NCBI GenBank assembly: GCA_017935365.1
Contig: JAGBHT010000033.1
Span: forward strand, 25,697 to 89,696
Length of the DNA: 64,000 nt
Direction: 5' to 3'
Source: Ruminiclostridium sp.
Lineage (GTDB): Bacteria; Bacillota; Clostridia; Oscillospirales; Ruminococcaceae
Part shown: one piece after another, positions 1-8,942 of the stretch
Position numbering within the stretch: the first letter of the stretch is position 1
Layout: every line of letters begins with the position of its first letter
Translations under genes and position numbers: made by a program
Notes under the pieces: model-generated
Database searches by the model: none
What the model saw: only the letters and a program-made list of their open reading frames with translations
What the model was told of the DNA's origin: nothing

Positions 1-1
1 C

Positions 2-268
2 TGCGTACACGGTCATGAGCATCATGTACACCAGGGACTTGATACGCTTATCTCTGTTGCAAAGCAGAACGGTTGCAAGATTGCGCTTTACGGTCATACG
101 CACCTTTATCGCACCGAGCTTATCGACGGTATTTATGTCATGAATCCCGGCAGTATAGATTCTCCGAGAGATAAACGTCCGCCGTCATACGGTATCATCA
201 CTATTGATGACAACAAGAAGATCACAATGAATATAGTAGCGCTTGATTACCATGCAGACAAACAGTAA
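2..268 (+). CDS. YfcE/MJ0936-family metallophosphoesterase, 5'-partial (runs off window edge)
   Basis: Not in ORF track. Frame 2 reads CVHGHEHH...ALYGHTH...VMNPGS...SYGII to TAA at 266-268; HGH, GHTH and NPGS are calcineurin-like phosphoesterase motifs. Confidence 0.85.
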   Translation, partial: CVHGHEHHVHQGLDTLISVAKQNGCKIALYGHTHLYRTELIDGIYVMNPGSIDSPRDKRPPSYGIITIDDNKKITMNIVALDYHADKQ

Positions 269-1013
269 TATAAGCGGCTGTCCTTTGATCACATTCGATA
301 CTATACCGTCAACGAATACTTATATAAAGGAACACGCCGATGAACTTCCTGACAGGACGGTAGTAATAGCCGATTTACAGAGCAACGGAAAGGGCAGGAT
401 AGGAAACACCTGGCTTGCTACCCGAGGAATGCTCCCTATTTCGGTACTGATAAAAGCTCCGCAGCACGGTCATGATCTTACGGTTATATGTGCCGTTGCC
501 GTATGCCGTGCGGTTGAACGCCTGAGCGGTATCAAAGCAGGCATAAAATGGACAAACGACATAATCTGCTCTGAGCACAAGGTATGTGGTATTTTATGCG
601 AAAGCTCCGTGAAATGTTCCTCAGACGGAGCAATATACAACAATGTTGTCTGCGGAATGGGGCTTAATGTAAATCAGGACGAAGAATTCTTTGAGAAGAG
701 CGGTCTTGCAAACGGAGCATCGCTCTACACGCTGACAGGTAAAAAATACGATAAAATGCTTGCGGCGGAATATATCGTCGAAGAGCTGACACGGCTTATT
801 GACACTGACTTTTCGGAAGTTATAAGCGAATATTCCGACAGATGTGTAACGCTCGGTAAAACAGTGAAACTGGTGCAGAACAATATAGAAACAACGGCAT
901 TTGCAAAGGCGATCGCCCCTGATGGTTGTCTTATCTGCGAGAACGAAAACGGTGAATTTACCGTAAATTCCGGTCTTGTCAGAGTGAGAGGGGTCGGCGG
1001 CGAATACGTCTGA
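252..1013 (+). CDS. birA: Biotin--[acetyl-CoA-carboxylase] ligase without N-terminal HTH
   Basis: STNTY, QSNGKGRIG..W, IKWTND, KVCGIL motifs and C-terminal SH3-like end. Start uncertain (TTG 243 or ATG 252). Confidence 0.9.
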   Translation: MQTNSNISGCPLITFDTIPSTNTYIKEHADELPDRTVVIADLQSNGKGRIGNTWLATRGMLPISVLIKAPQHGHDLTVICAVAVCRAVERLSGIKAGIKWTNDIICSEHKVCGILCESSVKCSSDGAIYNNVVCGMGLNVNQDEEFFEKSGLANGASLYTLTGKKYDKMLAAEYIVEELTRLIDTDFSEVISEYSDRCVTLGKTVKLVQNNIETTAFAKAIAPDGCLICENENGEFTVNSGLVRVRGVGGEYV

Positions 1014-1036
1014 TGTATAACCGAAAGGAGATTGTA

Positions 1037-1717
1037 ATGGCAGAGAATGTGTACATACCGGAAATAAGCGGACCGCTCAGAAGCTTTATGCTGAAAGTTC
1101 CCGAAGAAATTCAGCAGGCAAGCGGTATCAGAGTAATGGGTAAACTGATCAAATCCATAGTATTTACAACAGATATCTGTATTATAAGAAATGTAAACGC
1201 TGACGCGGTAATTGCAGTATATCCGTTTACACCTCAGCCTATAATCACCCAGGCCATAATGAGCGCCGCAGATATACCTGTATTTACCGGTGTAGGCGGC
1301 GGACTGACGCAGGGCAAGAGGGTAGTAAATCTCTCAATGCACGCAGAGTTCCAGGGGGCTATAGGTGTTGTCGTCAATGCGCCGACATCAAACGATGTTG
1401 TACGTCAGGTATGCGATACGATAGACATTCCTGTTGTTGTTACAGTTATATCCGAACACGAGGACATTGAGAGCAGGCTTGAAGCCGGAGCCAAGATATT
1501 CAACGTATCTGCGGCAGGCAAGACAACAAATGTGGTAAGAGAAATACGCAAGCGCCATCCCGACATACCGATAATCGCAACGGGCGGACCTACAAGAGAA
1601 TCTATTCTTGCGACTATAGAAGCAGGCGCAAACGCTATCACCTGGACGCCGCCGACAAATGGCGAAGTGTTCCGTGATATAATGAACGCCTACAGAGAAG
1701 GCAAACCCCACCCCTAA
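1037..1717 (+). CDS. Uncharacterised TIM-barrel protein (clostridial 'hydrolase' family)
   Basis: Alternating beta/alpha pattern, GVGGGLTQG and IIATGG loops; AAAGGAG RBS before ATG 1037 (track start 1013). Confidence 0.65.
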   Translation: MAENVYIPEISGPLRSFMLKVPEEIQQASGIRVMGKLIKSIVFTTDICIIRNVNADAVIAVYPFTPQPIITQAIMSAADIPVFTGVGGGLTQGKRVVNLSMHAEFQGAIGVVVNAPTSNDVVRQVCDTIDIPVVVTVISEHEDIESRLEAGAKIFNVSAAGKTTNVVREIRKRHPDIPIIATGGPTRESILATIEAGANAITWTPPTNGEVFRDIMNAYREGKPHP

Positions 1718-2063
1718 GGTGCCGATGCGGCACCGCAAATTCCGCCTTTAATACTGTTGAAGCATAGCTAAGGATAGCAAAACGGCGGGGTTACACAAAG
1801 CAATAATTTATAGAAAGCGGGTACGGCATAGACTGTCATCGCTTTTGCTTATATGTTCAGAAGGGCTTGCCCCTCCCGAGAAATGCCGGCGGCAATGCGC
1901 CGTTTCAGAATTGCCGAACAGCATCACTGCTTACACAGCCAAGAGTTTAAAGGCAAAAATACTTCATACAAGTTCCGAATAAGAGGTTATAAAACAATCG
2001 GCAAGGCTATATAGTACAGTGTTTATTTAGCAATAATAACCGCAAAGACACAGAAGTAAATAT

Positions 2064-2097
2064 TGAAACGAGCATCGGCCACCCGATGCTCGTTTCA
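2064..2097. terminator. Perfect 15-bp hairpin downstream of the DUF2079 gene
   Basis: TGAAACGAGCATCGG-ccac-CCGATGCTCGTTTCA, 7 bp beyond the stop of 2105..3925. Confidence 0.75.
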
Positions 2098-2104
2098 TAT
2101 TCTA

Positions 2105-3925
2105 TCAACTTTTTATCTCAAGCCTTACAACTCTCTTTGCGACAAGCTCATTATCTATTTTGGTTTCTTTCATGCCGAGGGATGTGAAGTATTTATAATT
2201 CACATCGAACTTCGCATTGTTTTTGTCAAGCAGTACAATATCGGCAAGCGGTGCGGATTCGTTTGTAGGCTCGTCACGGTCGTTTATCGTATACAGTTCT
2301 TTCTGCTTATAAAGTGCAGGAATAAAGAATGTATTCGCTGTTATGCTCTCGTTTTCGTTATCGGGGAGCAGTTCAAGATATTCAATCACAGCCGCCTTTG
2401 TTTCCTTATCAGGAATATTAAAGTTGTTTGACAGCCCCGACATGGTTGACGCAAACATTACTGCACAGGCAATAAGAGAGAACACGGTAAAGCATCTTGC
2501 CTTGTTATATGAAAGCTCCGACAGGTTCATTATAAACAACCATATCAGAAGCGTGCACGAGCCGAATACATATTGGAAGAATATTGAGTGCTGATATGCG
2601 TACATCGGCATCAGATTGACAAGCACAAACGGTATCAGCAATATGTAACGTGCAAACTTCTTGCTTACAAGCGGGATAAATCCGATTACGCCGAGCGTCT
2701 GTACGGTAAAGCCGAGTTTTTCATCGGTAAACAGGTTTGACAGTATATATCCCGGATTTGTGAACGCAGTTACTATTACAGGTATGAGCGTAGAGCCTCC
2801 GCTGTAGATATACTCCTTATAACGCCAGTCCATAATTCCGAGACCGTTGCTGTTCAGATACAGACAGGCACACAGAAAGTATACTATTGCTCCTGCCAGA
2901 ATAAAAACGGATAATTTTCTGATTTTCTTACTGCGGTCGGATAAAAGCAGATACAACGCGATAACTGCCACATACACCGCCGCGTCTTCTTTTACCGTGA
3001 GCGTCAGCAGTGCAAAGACAAATATCGGTATAATCTTTTCCCGTTCAATTGCCCATATCAGCCACAGAATAAATACGGGGAGCATACAGTTTTCGTGCAT
3101 ATCATATGTACAACCGCCTGCAAATGCAGGATAAAGAGCGTATATCGCAGATATAAGCGCAGAATGCATATTGGAAAAACCATATTTCCTTGCGATGAGG
3201 AACACGGGAATTATTCCGCTTGTGATGAACAGCCCCTGTAATATCTGAAGTGTGACGGGGTGCGGGAAAATCATATAGAACGGCAACATAAGATAATATG
3301 CAGGAGAGAAGTGCACGGCAAAGTGCGACAGCTCATAGTTACGCTCCACGGTGGTGACCGGTCCGAACCCGTCTTTCATATTCTCGAACATCTGAGTGAA
3401 TATACCAAAATCAAAGCACGGCGTATACAGGTTGAAGTATCTCATAGCCATTGCGCCCGCGGTGAATGTCAGCATAAATATTACCGAAAGTATCAGCACT
3501 GCCGGAAAGAACTTTTTTGAAAAAGCGGGAAGCCTGAGCCGGAACTTTCCGAGAGTATACCATACGGCAAGTGCGATAAACGGTGCAAACCCCAGAAATA
3601 TTACGGTGTTTTTACCGTTATCGTTAAAATACATCAACGCCTGCGTCACGGCAAAAACCGTTGATGATACAAGCAGTGCCGCCGCATCAGTCTTTTGACT
3701 TTTTAGCGGCTTTACGGCACGCATAAGAGTAAATATCGCTAAGAATACAAGAAAAAATATTATAATCGCCGGTATAGAAATGTTGCCTGCGTATTCTTTA
3801 TCAAATACCTTTACGGTACTGAAAAGCGGCATTACAACAAGAGCGCACAGCCACGCGGAAATAAACCGCATAAGATACTCACTGCCGTGTTCGCTTGCCT
3901 TGAAGCATGTCAGAAATTTATTCAT
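2105..3925 (-). CDS. DUF2079-family multi-pass membrane protein (GT-C glycosyltransferase-like)
   Basis: Many TM segments; DFGIFTQ, SHFAVHFSP, HEN and KED motifs. Confidence 0.75.
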   Translation of the reverse strand: MNKFLTCFKASEHGSEYLMRFISAWLCALVVMPLFSTVKVFDKEYAGNISIPAIIIFFLVFLAIFTLMRAVKPLKSQKTDAAALLVSSTVFAVTQALMYFNDNGKNTVIFLGFAPFIALAVWYTLGKFRLRLPAFSKKFFPAVLILSVIFMLTFTAGAMAMRYFNLYTPCFDFGIFTQMFENMKDGFGPVTTVERNYELSHFAVHFSPAYYLMLPFYMIFPHPVTLQILQGLFITSGIIPVFLIARKYGFSNMHSALISAIYALYPAFAGGCTYDMHENCMLPVFILWLIWAIEREKIIPIFVFALLTLTVKEDAAVYVAVIALYLLLSDRSKKIRKLSVFILAGAIVYFLCACLYLNSNGLGIMDWRYKEYIYSGGSTLIPVIVTAFTNPGYILSNLFTDEKLGFTVQTLGVIGFIPLVSKKFARYILLIPFVLVNLMPMYAYQHSIFFQYVFGSCTLLIWLFIMNLSELSYNKARCFTVFSLIACAVMFASTMSGLSNNFNIPDKETKAAVIEYLELLPDNENESITANTFFIPALYKQKELYTINDRDEPTNESAPLADIVLLDKNNAKFDVNYKYFTSLGMKETKIDNELVAKRVVRLEIKS

Positions 3926-3939
3926 ATTAACCTCGTTTG

Positions 3940-4461
3940 TCAGTCGCCTGCAAGAAATTTATTGTCATGTTGCTGAGAGCAGAGTTTTGCGCCCTGTTTT
4001 TTCAGAATATCGACTTTAAGTGCAACAATATTGCGGTCTGTGCCTAGCGCACAAGCGGTCTTTTCGATATCGTAACCGCAGTTTATACAGTCGTACAGCT
4101 CTTCATCGGATATAAGAAACTGCGCCGCAAAAACATTAGCCTCGTATTCCATTGAATGGTCGAGCATATCGAATATGTCGTATTCGGCAAATCCGCCGCA
4201 GTCGTCTGCCTTGTTCCTGTGAAGTCTGTCGTGCCCGATTTCGTGCATAAGGACGATTTTTTTCATACTGTCGCTAAGGTCACGCTTTATAAAGATGAAC
4301 GGATTTTTCAGTATCAGCTTGTATGCGCCTTTCTGTTTTGAAAAGTCCCTTTCGAGAATTTCAATATCAAGCTCACGGGCAAGCCTCTTCGGAGAGCATC
4401 TGCCGTAAAGCTCTATCAATTCATCTGCCTTGGCGACTGCCTCGTTAAAACAGCTGAGCAT
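3940..4461 (-). CDS. ImmA/IrrE-family metallo-endopeptidase
   Basis: HEIGH (HExxH) motif and downstream EYEANVFAAQFL; adjacent to an XRE regulator. Confidence 0.88.
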   Translation of the reverse strand: MLSCFNEAVAKADELIELYGRCSPKRLARELDIEILERDFSKQKGAYKLILKNPFIFIKRDLSDSMKKIVLMHEIGHDRLHRNKADDCGGFAEYDIFDMLDHSMEYEANVFAAQFLISDEELYDCINCGYDIEKTACALGTDRNIVALKVDILKKQGAKLCSQQHDNKFLAGD

Positions 4462-4469
4462 TCTGCGCT

Positions 4470-4865
4470 TTACCTCTTTGATGCGTATTTCTTGTTTTTC
4501 TCTTTTGCTATCCAGTAGGCGTCCTGAATGGCTTTCATCATTTCATCCATATCATCGGGGTCAAGCTCGCCGCCTGCGAAAAGTCCCGTTACCTCCTGCA
4601 TAAGCGCCTTTGCCTGCTGTGCACCGGTCGCACCGTATCTTTCGTTTGCGTTTATGTAGAACTCTTCGTTTTCGGTAAGAAGATAGTTTATGTCAACACC
4701 GAGTATCTCAGCCATTTTGCCGTATATCTCACGCTGTTTGGGGTAGCTTTCACCCTTTTCATAGTTTGTTATTGTTCTCAGCGATACACCGAGCATATCC
4801 GCAAACTGCTGTTGTGTAAGACCTTTCGCGCGTCGTTCTTTCTTTACTTTATCACAGAATTTCAT
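4470..4865 (-). CDS. XRE-family HTH transcriptional regulator
   Basis: N-terminal HTH (RRAKGLTQQQFADMLGVSLRTITNYEKG) plus helical C-terminal domain. Confidence 0.9.
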   Translation of the reverse strand: MKFCDKVKKERRAKGLTQQQFADMLGVSLRTITNYEKGESYPKQREIYGKMAEILGVDINYLLTENEEFYINANERYGATGAQQAKALMQEVTGLFAGGELDPDDMDEMMKAIQDAYWIAKEKNKKYASKR

Positions 4866-4875
4866 AATTGCTCCT

Positions 4876-5235
4876 TTACTTGCAGTATGCTACTGCGTCT
4901 GCCTGAAATTTAAGACCGTTTTCTCCGCCGATATGGGCAAACTCGGTCTGTATGGATTTACGGACGGGGTATTTACCGTTAAAGCGTTCCTTTATCACCT
5001 TTTCCATAACGGGAATATCCCATATATCCCTGAAAAGGCAGTCCATCTGTACTACATTTTCAAGTGTAAGTCCGACAAGCGCAAGGCGCTTTTCCATCTC
5101 GTCAAATGCGCCGTTTACCTGCTGTTCGATACTTCCGCCTACATTTCCGACGCAGTAATTGAGAAAGCAGAAATCGCCTGCTTTGATAATACCGCTGTGT
5201 GCCCATTCTTCATTTACATCATAACGTTCGATCAT
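4876..5235 (-). CDS. Rid (YjgF/YER057c/UK114) family protein
   Basis: 119 aa; LTLENVV and YPVRKSI (conserved Arg retained); terminal QADAVAY. Confidence 0.8.
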   Translation of the reverse strand: MIERYDVNEEWAHSGIIKAGDFCFLNYCVGNVGGSIEQQVNGAFDEMEKRLALVGLTLENVVQMDCLFRDIWDIPVMEKVIKERFNGKYPVRKSIQTEFAHIGGENGLKFQADAVAYCK

Positions 5236-5286
5236 AATCGTATCCTCCGTAAATTTAAAAAATGTGCAAATATACTGCTTTTTCTC

Positions 5287-5315
5287 TTGACAAGCGCAAT
5301 ATATTTGCGTATAAT
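5287..5315 (+). promoter_or_regulatory. sigmaA promoter for dinB with a palindrome in its spacer
   Basis: TTGACA(5287-5292)-17 bp-TATAAT(5310-5315); spacer contains CGCAA-TATAT-TTGCG (5295-5309). Confidence 0.8.
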
Positions 5316-5342
5316 CTTAATTGGAAATTAAACTGCGTATTT

Positions 5343-5371
5343 ATGATACCATAAATTGCGTATTTTGTCAA
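5343..5371 (-). promoter_or_regulatory. sigmaA promoter for the rid-xre-immA operon
   Basis: Minus strand TTGACA(5371-5366)-17 bp-TATCAT(5348-5343) with TG extended -10. Confidence 0.65.
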
Positions 5372-5394
5372 GTGGACAGGTAAGAGGTGACATA

Positions 5395-6633
5395 ATGGAA
5401 CGTGATATTCTGCACTGCGATATGAACAATTTCTTTGCGTCAGTGGAATGTAAACTGCGCCCCGAGCTGAAAGGCTATCCGGTTGCGGTATGCGGATCGG
5501 TGGAAGAACGGCACGGCATTGTGCTTGCAAAAAACGAGCTTGCAAAGGCAAAGGGTGTAAAGACAGCCGAAACCATAGCGTCGGCGCAGTCAAAGTGCAG
5601 TGGGCTTGTCATAGTACCGCCGCACTTTGAGGAATATTCAAAATACAGCAAGCTGGCACATAAGATATATGAACGTTATACCGACCTTATAGAGCCGTTC
5701 GGCATGGACGAATGCTGGCTTGATATCAGCGGAACAAGAAGATTGTTCGGTCCGCCCGAAAAGGTGGCAGACGAGATAAGATGTGCTATGAAAAAGGAGC
5801 TGGGGCTTACTATATCGGTCGGGGTATCGTTCAACAAGGTATTTGCAAAGCTTGGGAGCGATATGAAGAAGCCCGATGCGGTAACGGTGATACCCAGGGC
5901 GTCTTTCCGTGAAAAGATATGGGGTTTACCGCTCAGCGATATGATAGGTGCGGGCAGAGCGACCACGGCAAAACTCAGGGAATACGGGGTGATTACCTTA
6001 GGTCAGCTTGCGCAGAGCAATCCCGACTGGATATTGAAACTGCTCGGTAAAAACGGATATATGCTATGGTGCTATGCAAACGGAAACGATAACTCTCCCG
6101 TGTTACCGTCCGATTTTTCAATGCCTGCAAAAAGTGTAGGACACGGGGTCACCACCACAGCAGATATAACCTGTTGTGAAGAAGCAAAACCAATACTTCT
6201 TGAACTGGCGCAGGATATAGGCAGAAGACTTACATCACAGAAAAAATATGCGTTGAAAGTATCGGTCAACGCAAGGTCGAGCAAGCTCAGAAATGTCGAT
6301 TGGCAGACAGATCTTCCAATAGCAACACGTTCGCCTATGATAATTGCGGATACCGCATACAGGCTGTTCTGCGACAACTACGACTGGACAAATCCGGTAA
6401 GGTCGCTTACCGTGACTGCATTTTCACTGGTGGATAGCGGAACGGTATGTCAGAATGATTTATTCACCGATACCGTAAGGCTTGACAAAATGGAAAAAGC
6501 CGACCGTTGCATACTTGACATAAGAAACCGTTTCGGCAACGAAATGATAAAGAACGCCGTGCTGATGTCGGGCATTGCTGTGCCAAAGTCAAAAGCCGTT
6601 GTGTCGCTACCGGGCAATATGTCGTTACGTTAA
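5395..6633 (+). CDS. dinB: DNA polymerase IV (Y-family)
   Basis: ILHCDMNNFFASVE, GMDECWLD and FAKLGSDMKKPD motifs; GAGGTG RBS before ATG 5395. Confidence 0.92.
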   Translation: MERDILHCDMNNFFASVECKLRPELKGYPVAVCGSVEERHGIVLAKNELAKAKGVKTAETIASAQSKCSGLVIVPPHFEEYSKYSKLAHKIYERYTDLIEPFGMDECWLDISGTRRLFGPPEKVADEIRCAMKKELGLTISVGVSFNKVFAKLGSDMKKPDAVTVIPRASFREKIWGLPLSDMIGAGRATTAKLREYGVITLGQLAQSNPDWILKLLGKNGYMLWCYANGNDNSPVLPSDFSMPAKSVGHGVTTTADITCCEEAKPILLELAQDIGRRLTSQKKYALKVSVNARSSKLRNVDWQTDLPIATRSPMIIADTAYRLFCDNYDWTNPVRSLTVTAFSLVDSGTVCQNDLFTDTVRLDKMEKADRCILDIRNRFGNEMIKNAVLMSGIAVPKSKAVVSLPGNMSLR

Positions 6634-6701
6634 AAAACTGCCGTCTGAAAATTGATACGCACCCGGAATTGCGGGTGCGTATCACATCAGACGGCAGTTT
6701 T
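6634..6701. terminator. Nested double hairpin between convergent genes (bidirectional terminator)
   Basis: Outer arms AAAACTGCCGTCTGA/TCAGACGGCAGTTTT; inner arms TGATACGCACCCG/CGGGTGCGTATCA. Confidence 0.75.
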
Positions 6702-8676
6702 ATATTTTGTCTTTTCTTCCTGAAGCGGTATCATCAAAAACATTATCTGCAAATACTTCGGTAAGGTATCTGCTGTCGGATATTGCGGCGGAAAACGGTG
6801 CATACGCGTCACTGCCACTGATATTTATGAGATATGGTGCTGTTTTGCATACCTCAAGATAATCGTTTATAAACTCACACTCGCCACGATGAATTTCTTT
6901 GACCGTTTCCGCATTCTCACATTCGCTGTCAAAGTTCAGGCCGCCGTCTGCGCCGAATCCTGCAAACGATGGCTCAGGAGCGCCGAATAACAGTTCAAAG
7001 TAAATATTGTGTTTCATATCGGGGTGATGATTTTCATAGTACCTGCGGTTAAGCGATGATGAGAAGCAGTATGGGATAAGTCTGCCGTCGGCAAAATATG
7101 TTTCGCTGAAATCACTGTCAATCTGAGATCTGGTGTTGGTACCGGCAAGTAAACCTGTCACGGTTATGTCCATACCGAATTTTCGGTTAAGGAGAGCATC
7201 GAGCATTATACTTCCGCTTCCTGCCCAGCCGCAGTCTACTGTCAGAATGTTTTTACATCTGTCTGTTTTTCCGGTAAGGTATGCCTTTGCGCTGTCAGTC
7301 ATAGCGGAGTAGCTATCCGCTATACCTTTGATATTGTTATAAACAATTTCTTTCACACGCTTGCGGTTGGCGTTTGTAAGTATTTCGTCCGGCATAAGCG
7401 AGTAATCTGTGCAAGAAAGCTCCATTGCCGAAAAAATTTCTTTCAAGGTATAATCCCTGCCGGTTTTCTGACTTACAAAACGTCTTACATAGTCGAATGG
7501 GAATATGTCGGCGCAAAGTTTGGTTGCAGCGGTCCTGGACCAGTATATATATTCTGTTTCGATATCGGGGTAAAGACGGTCGAAAATCTGCTTAATAATA
7601 TAACCGTCGCGGGCAAAGAAAAAGACTTTGTCCGCTTTTTTCTCCTTTGCAGTTTTATATATGAAATTACAATATCCGAGTATAAGTAAACCGCCGCATT
7701 TATATCCGTATTCATAAGCCTCAGAGCAACGAGCGCCGCAGTAAAGTCTTGCATTTACAAGCCCTGAGTAGACAGAACCGACAAGGTATGACATATTGTG
7801 CGGACGGTAGTCTTTGGCGTAATTATTGATGTTGGGATAATAAATCGTTTCAAATCCTGCTTTCGAGGCGTTTTTGATATCCGAATGCCGGTTGTCGCCG
7901 ATATGTATATAACGTTTATTCCCGTATTGCTTTTTTATTATATCGTATATCTTACCGTCGCTCTTTCCGCAACCGTGAGAACACGAAAGAAAAATTCTGT
8001 CGTATCCGTCAAATCCGTTCTTATGAAGAAGCTCTTCAAAAAATTCTTCGGTCATATACATATCGGTAGTGATTATAACTGTCTTGCCCTCTGAAAGCAC
8101 TTTTTTATATACTTCAAGCATAAACGGATCGGCACGGCAAAGTGACAATTCCGTTTCACATTCAGTCCTGATACCGAGCTCTGGCGCTATACCCGTTTTC
8201 TTTGACACAAGTTCGTATATGTCTTTTATAGTTACTTCCGCAGTACCGTCTGCCGCTGTTTTCTGTTTTCTCGCGTCGCTTTCGCACTTTTTGCGCAGTG
8301 TGCGGAAATCCGGTATTCCGAGTTTTTCTCCGACAATATAGAACAGGTCGGCAGGTGCGGAAAAAGGCCGCAGTATCAGCGTATCAAAAACGTCGAATGA
8401 TATTATGTCAGCTTCGCAAAGCGCTTTTGCGGTTTGATCGGCAGTCAGCGTAAAAGCCGAACAGCTTTCGTTTGCCGCTTTCTGCTTATATTTCAGTTCT
8501 TTGTCCTGAATATGGAGAAGCGGATATTTTATATTGAGCCATACGGCATATCCCCACGAAACAAACGGCGCTTTTGCGTGTATGTTATCGTGTGTCAGAA
8601 CGAAATGCTCATAGTGATGTTTTACTATGCGGTTACGGTTTATAAGAAAATTGTACAGTTTCAGTTTTGCACCCAT
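6700..8676 (-). CDS. HAD phosphatase + phosphoribosyltransferase-like protein (probable glycan ribofuranosyltransferase)
   Basis: ISFDVFDTL and HIGDN..SD (HAD motifs), FFARDGY, LTVDCGWAGS (PRPP-loop-like). Confidence 0.65.
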   Translation of the reverse strand: MGAKLKLYNFLINRNRIVKHHYEHFVLTHDNIHAKAPFVSWGYAVWLNIKYPLLHIQDKELKYKQKAANESCSAFTLTADQTAKALCEADIISFDVFDTLILRPFSAPADLFYIVGEKLGIPDFRTLRKKCESDARKQKTAADGTAEVTIKDIYELVSKKTGIAPELGIRTECETELSLCRADPFMLEVYKKVLSEGKTVIITTDMYMTEEFFEELLHKNGFDGYDRIFLSCSHGCGKSDGKIYDIIKKQYGNKRYIHIGDNRHSDIKNASKAGFETIYYPNINNYAKDYRPHNMSYLVGSVYSGLVNARLYCGARCSEAYEYGYKCGGLLILGYCNFIYKTAKEKKADKVFFFARDGYIIKQIFDRLYPDIETEYIYWSRTAATKLCADIFPFDYVRRFVSQKTGRDYTLKEIFSAMELSCTDYSLMPDEILTNANRKRVKEIVYNNIKGIADSYSAMTDSAKAYLTGKTDRCKNILTVDCGWAGSGSIMLDALLNRKFGMDITVTGLLAGTNTRSQIDSDFSETYFADGRLIPYCFSSSLNRRYYENHHPDMKHNIYFELLFGAPEPSFAGFGADGGLNFDSECENAETVKEIHRGECEFINDYLEVCKTAPYLINISGSDAYAPFSAAISDSRYLTEVFADNVFDDTASGRKDKI

Positions 8677-8942
8677 ATGTAATACCGCCTTTCTTAAATT
8701 TCAACACTTAGAATATAATAGCATAAAAATAACCGAAATACAATATACGGCAACTGTAAAAAATGATTATATGAACTGTAGGGCGGAAATTTTCTTAAAA
8801 GTAGTGCAATTCGGGGGCGGTTGTGGTATAATAACATAAGATATATCATTTTGTCGATGTCAAAAGGCAGTGTAACGATGAATGTATTCACGGTACTATA
8901 TTACACTACAAAACAGGACAATAAAAAGAAAACGGAGCAATT

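Noticed and set aside
5236-5394. LexA (SOS) box upstream of dinB
   Set aside because: No GAAC-N4-GTTC match; the nearby GAAC hits are the start codon regions of rid and dinB.
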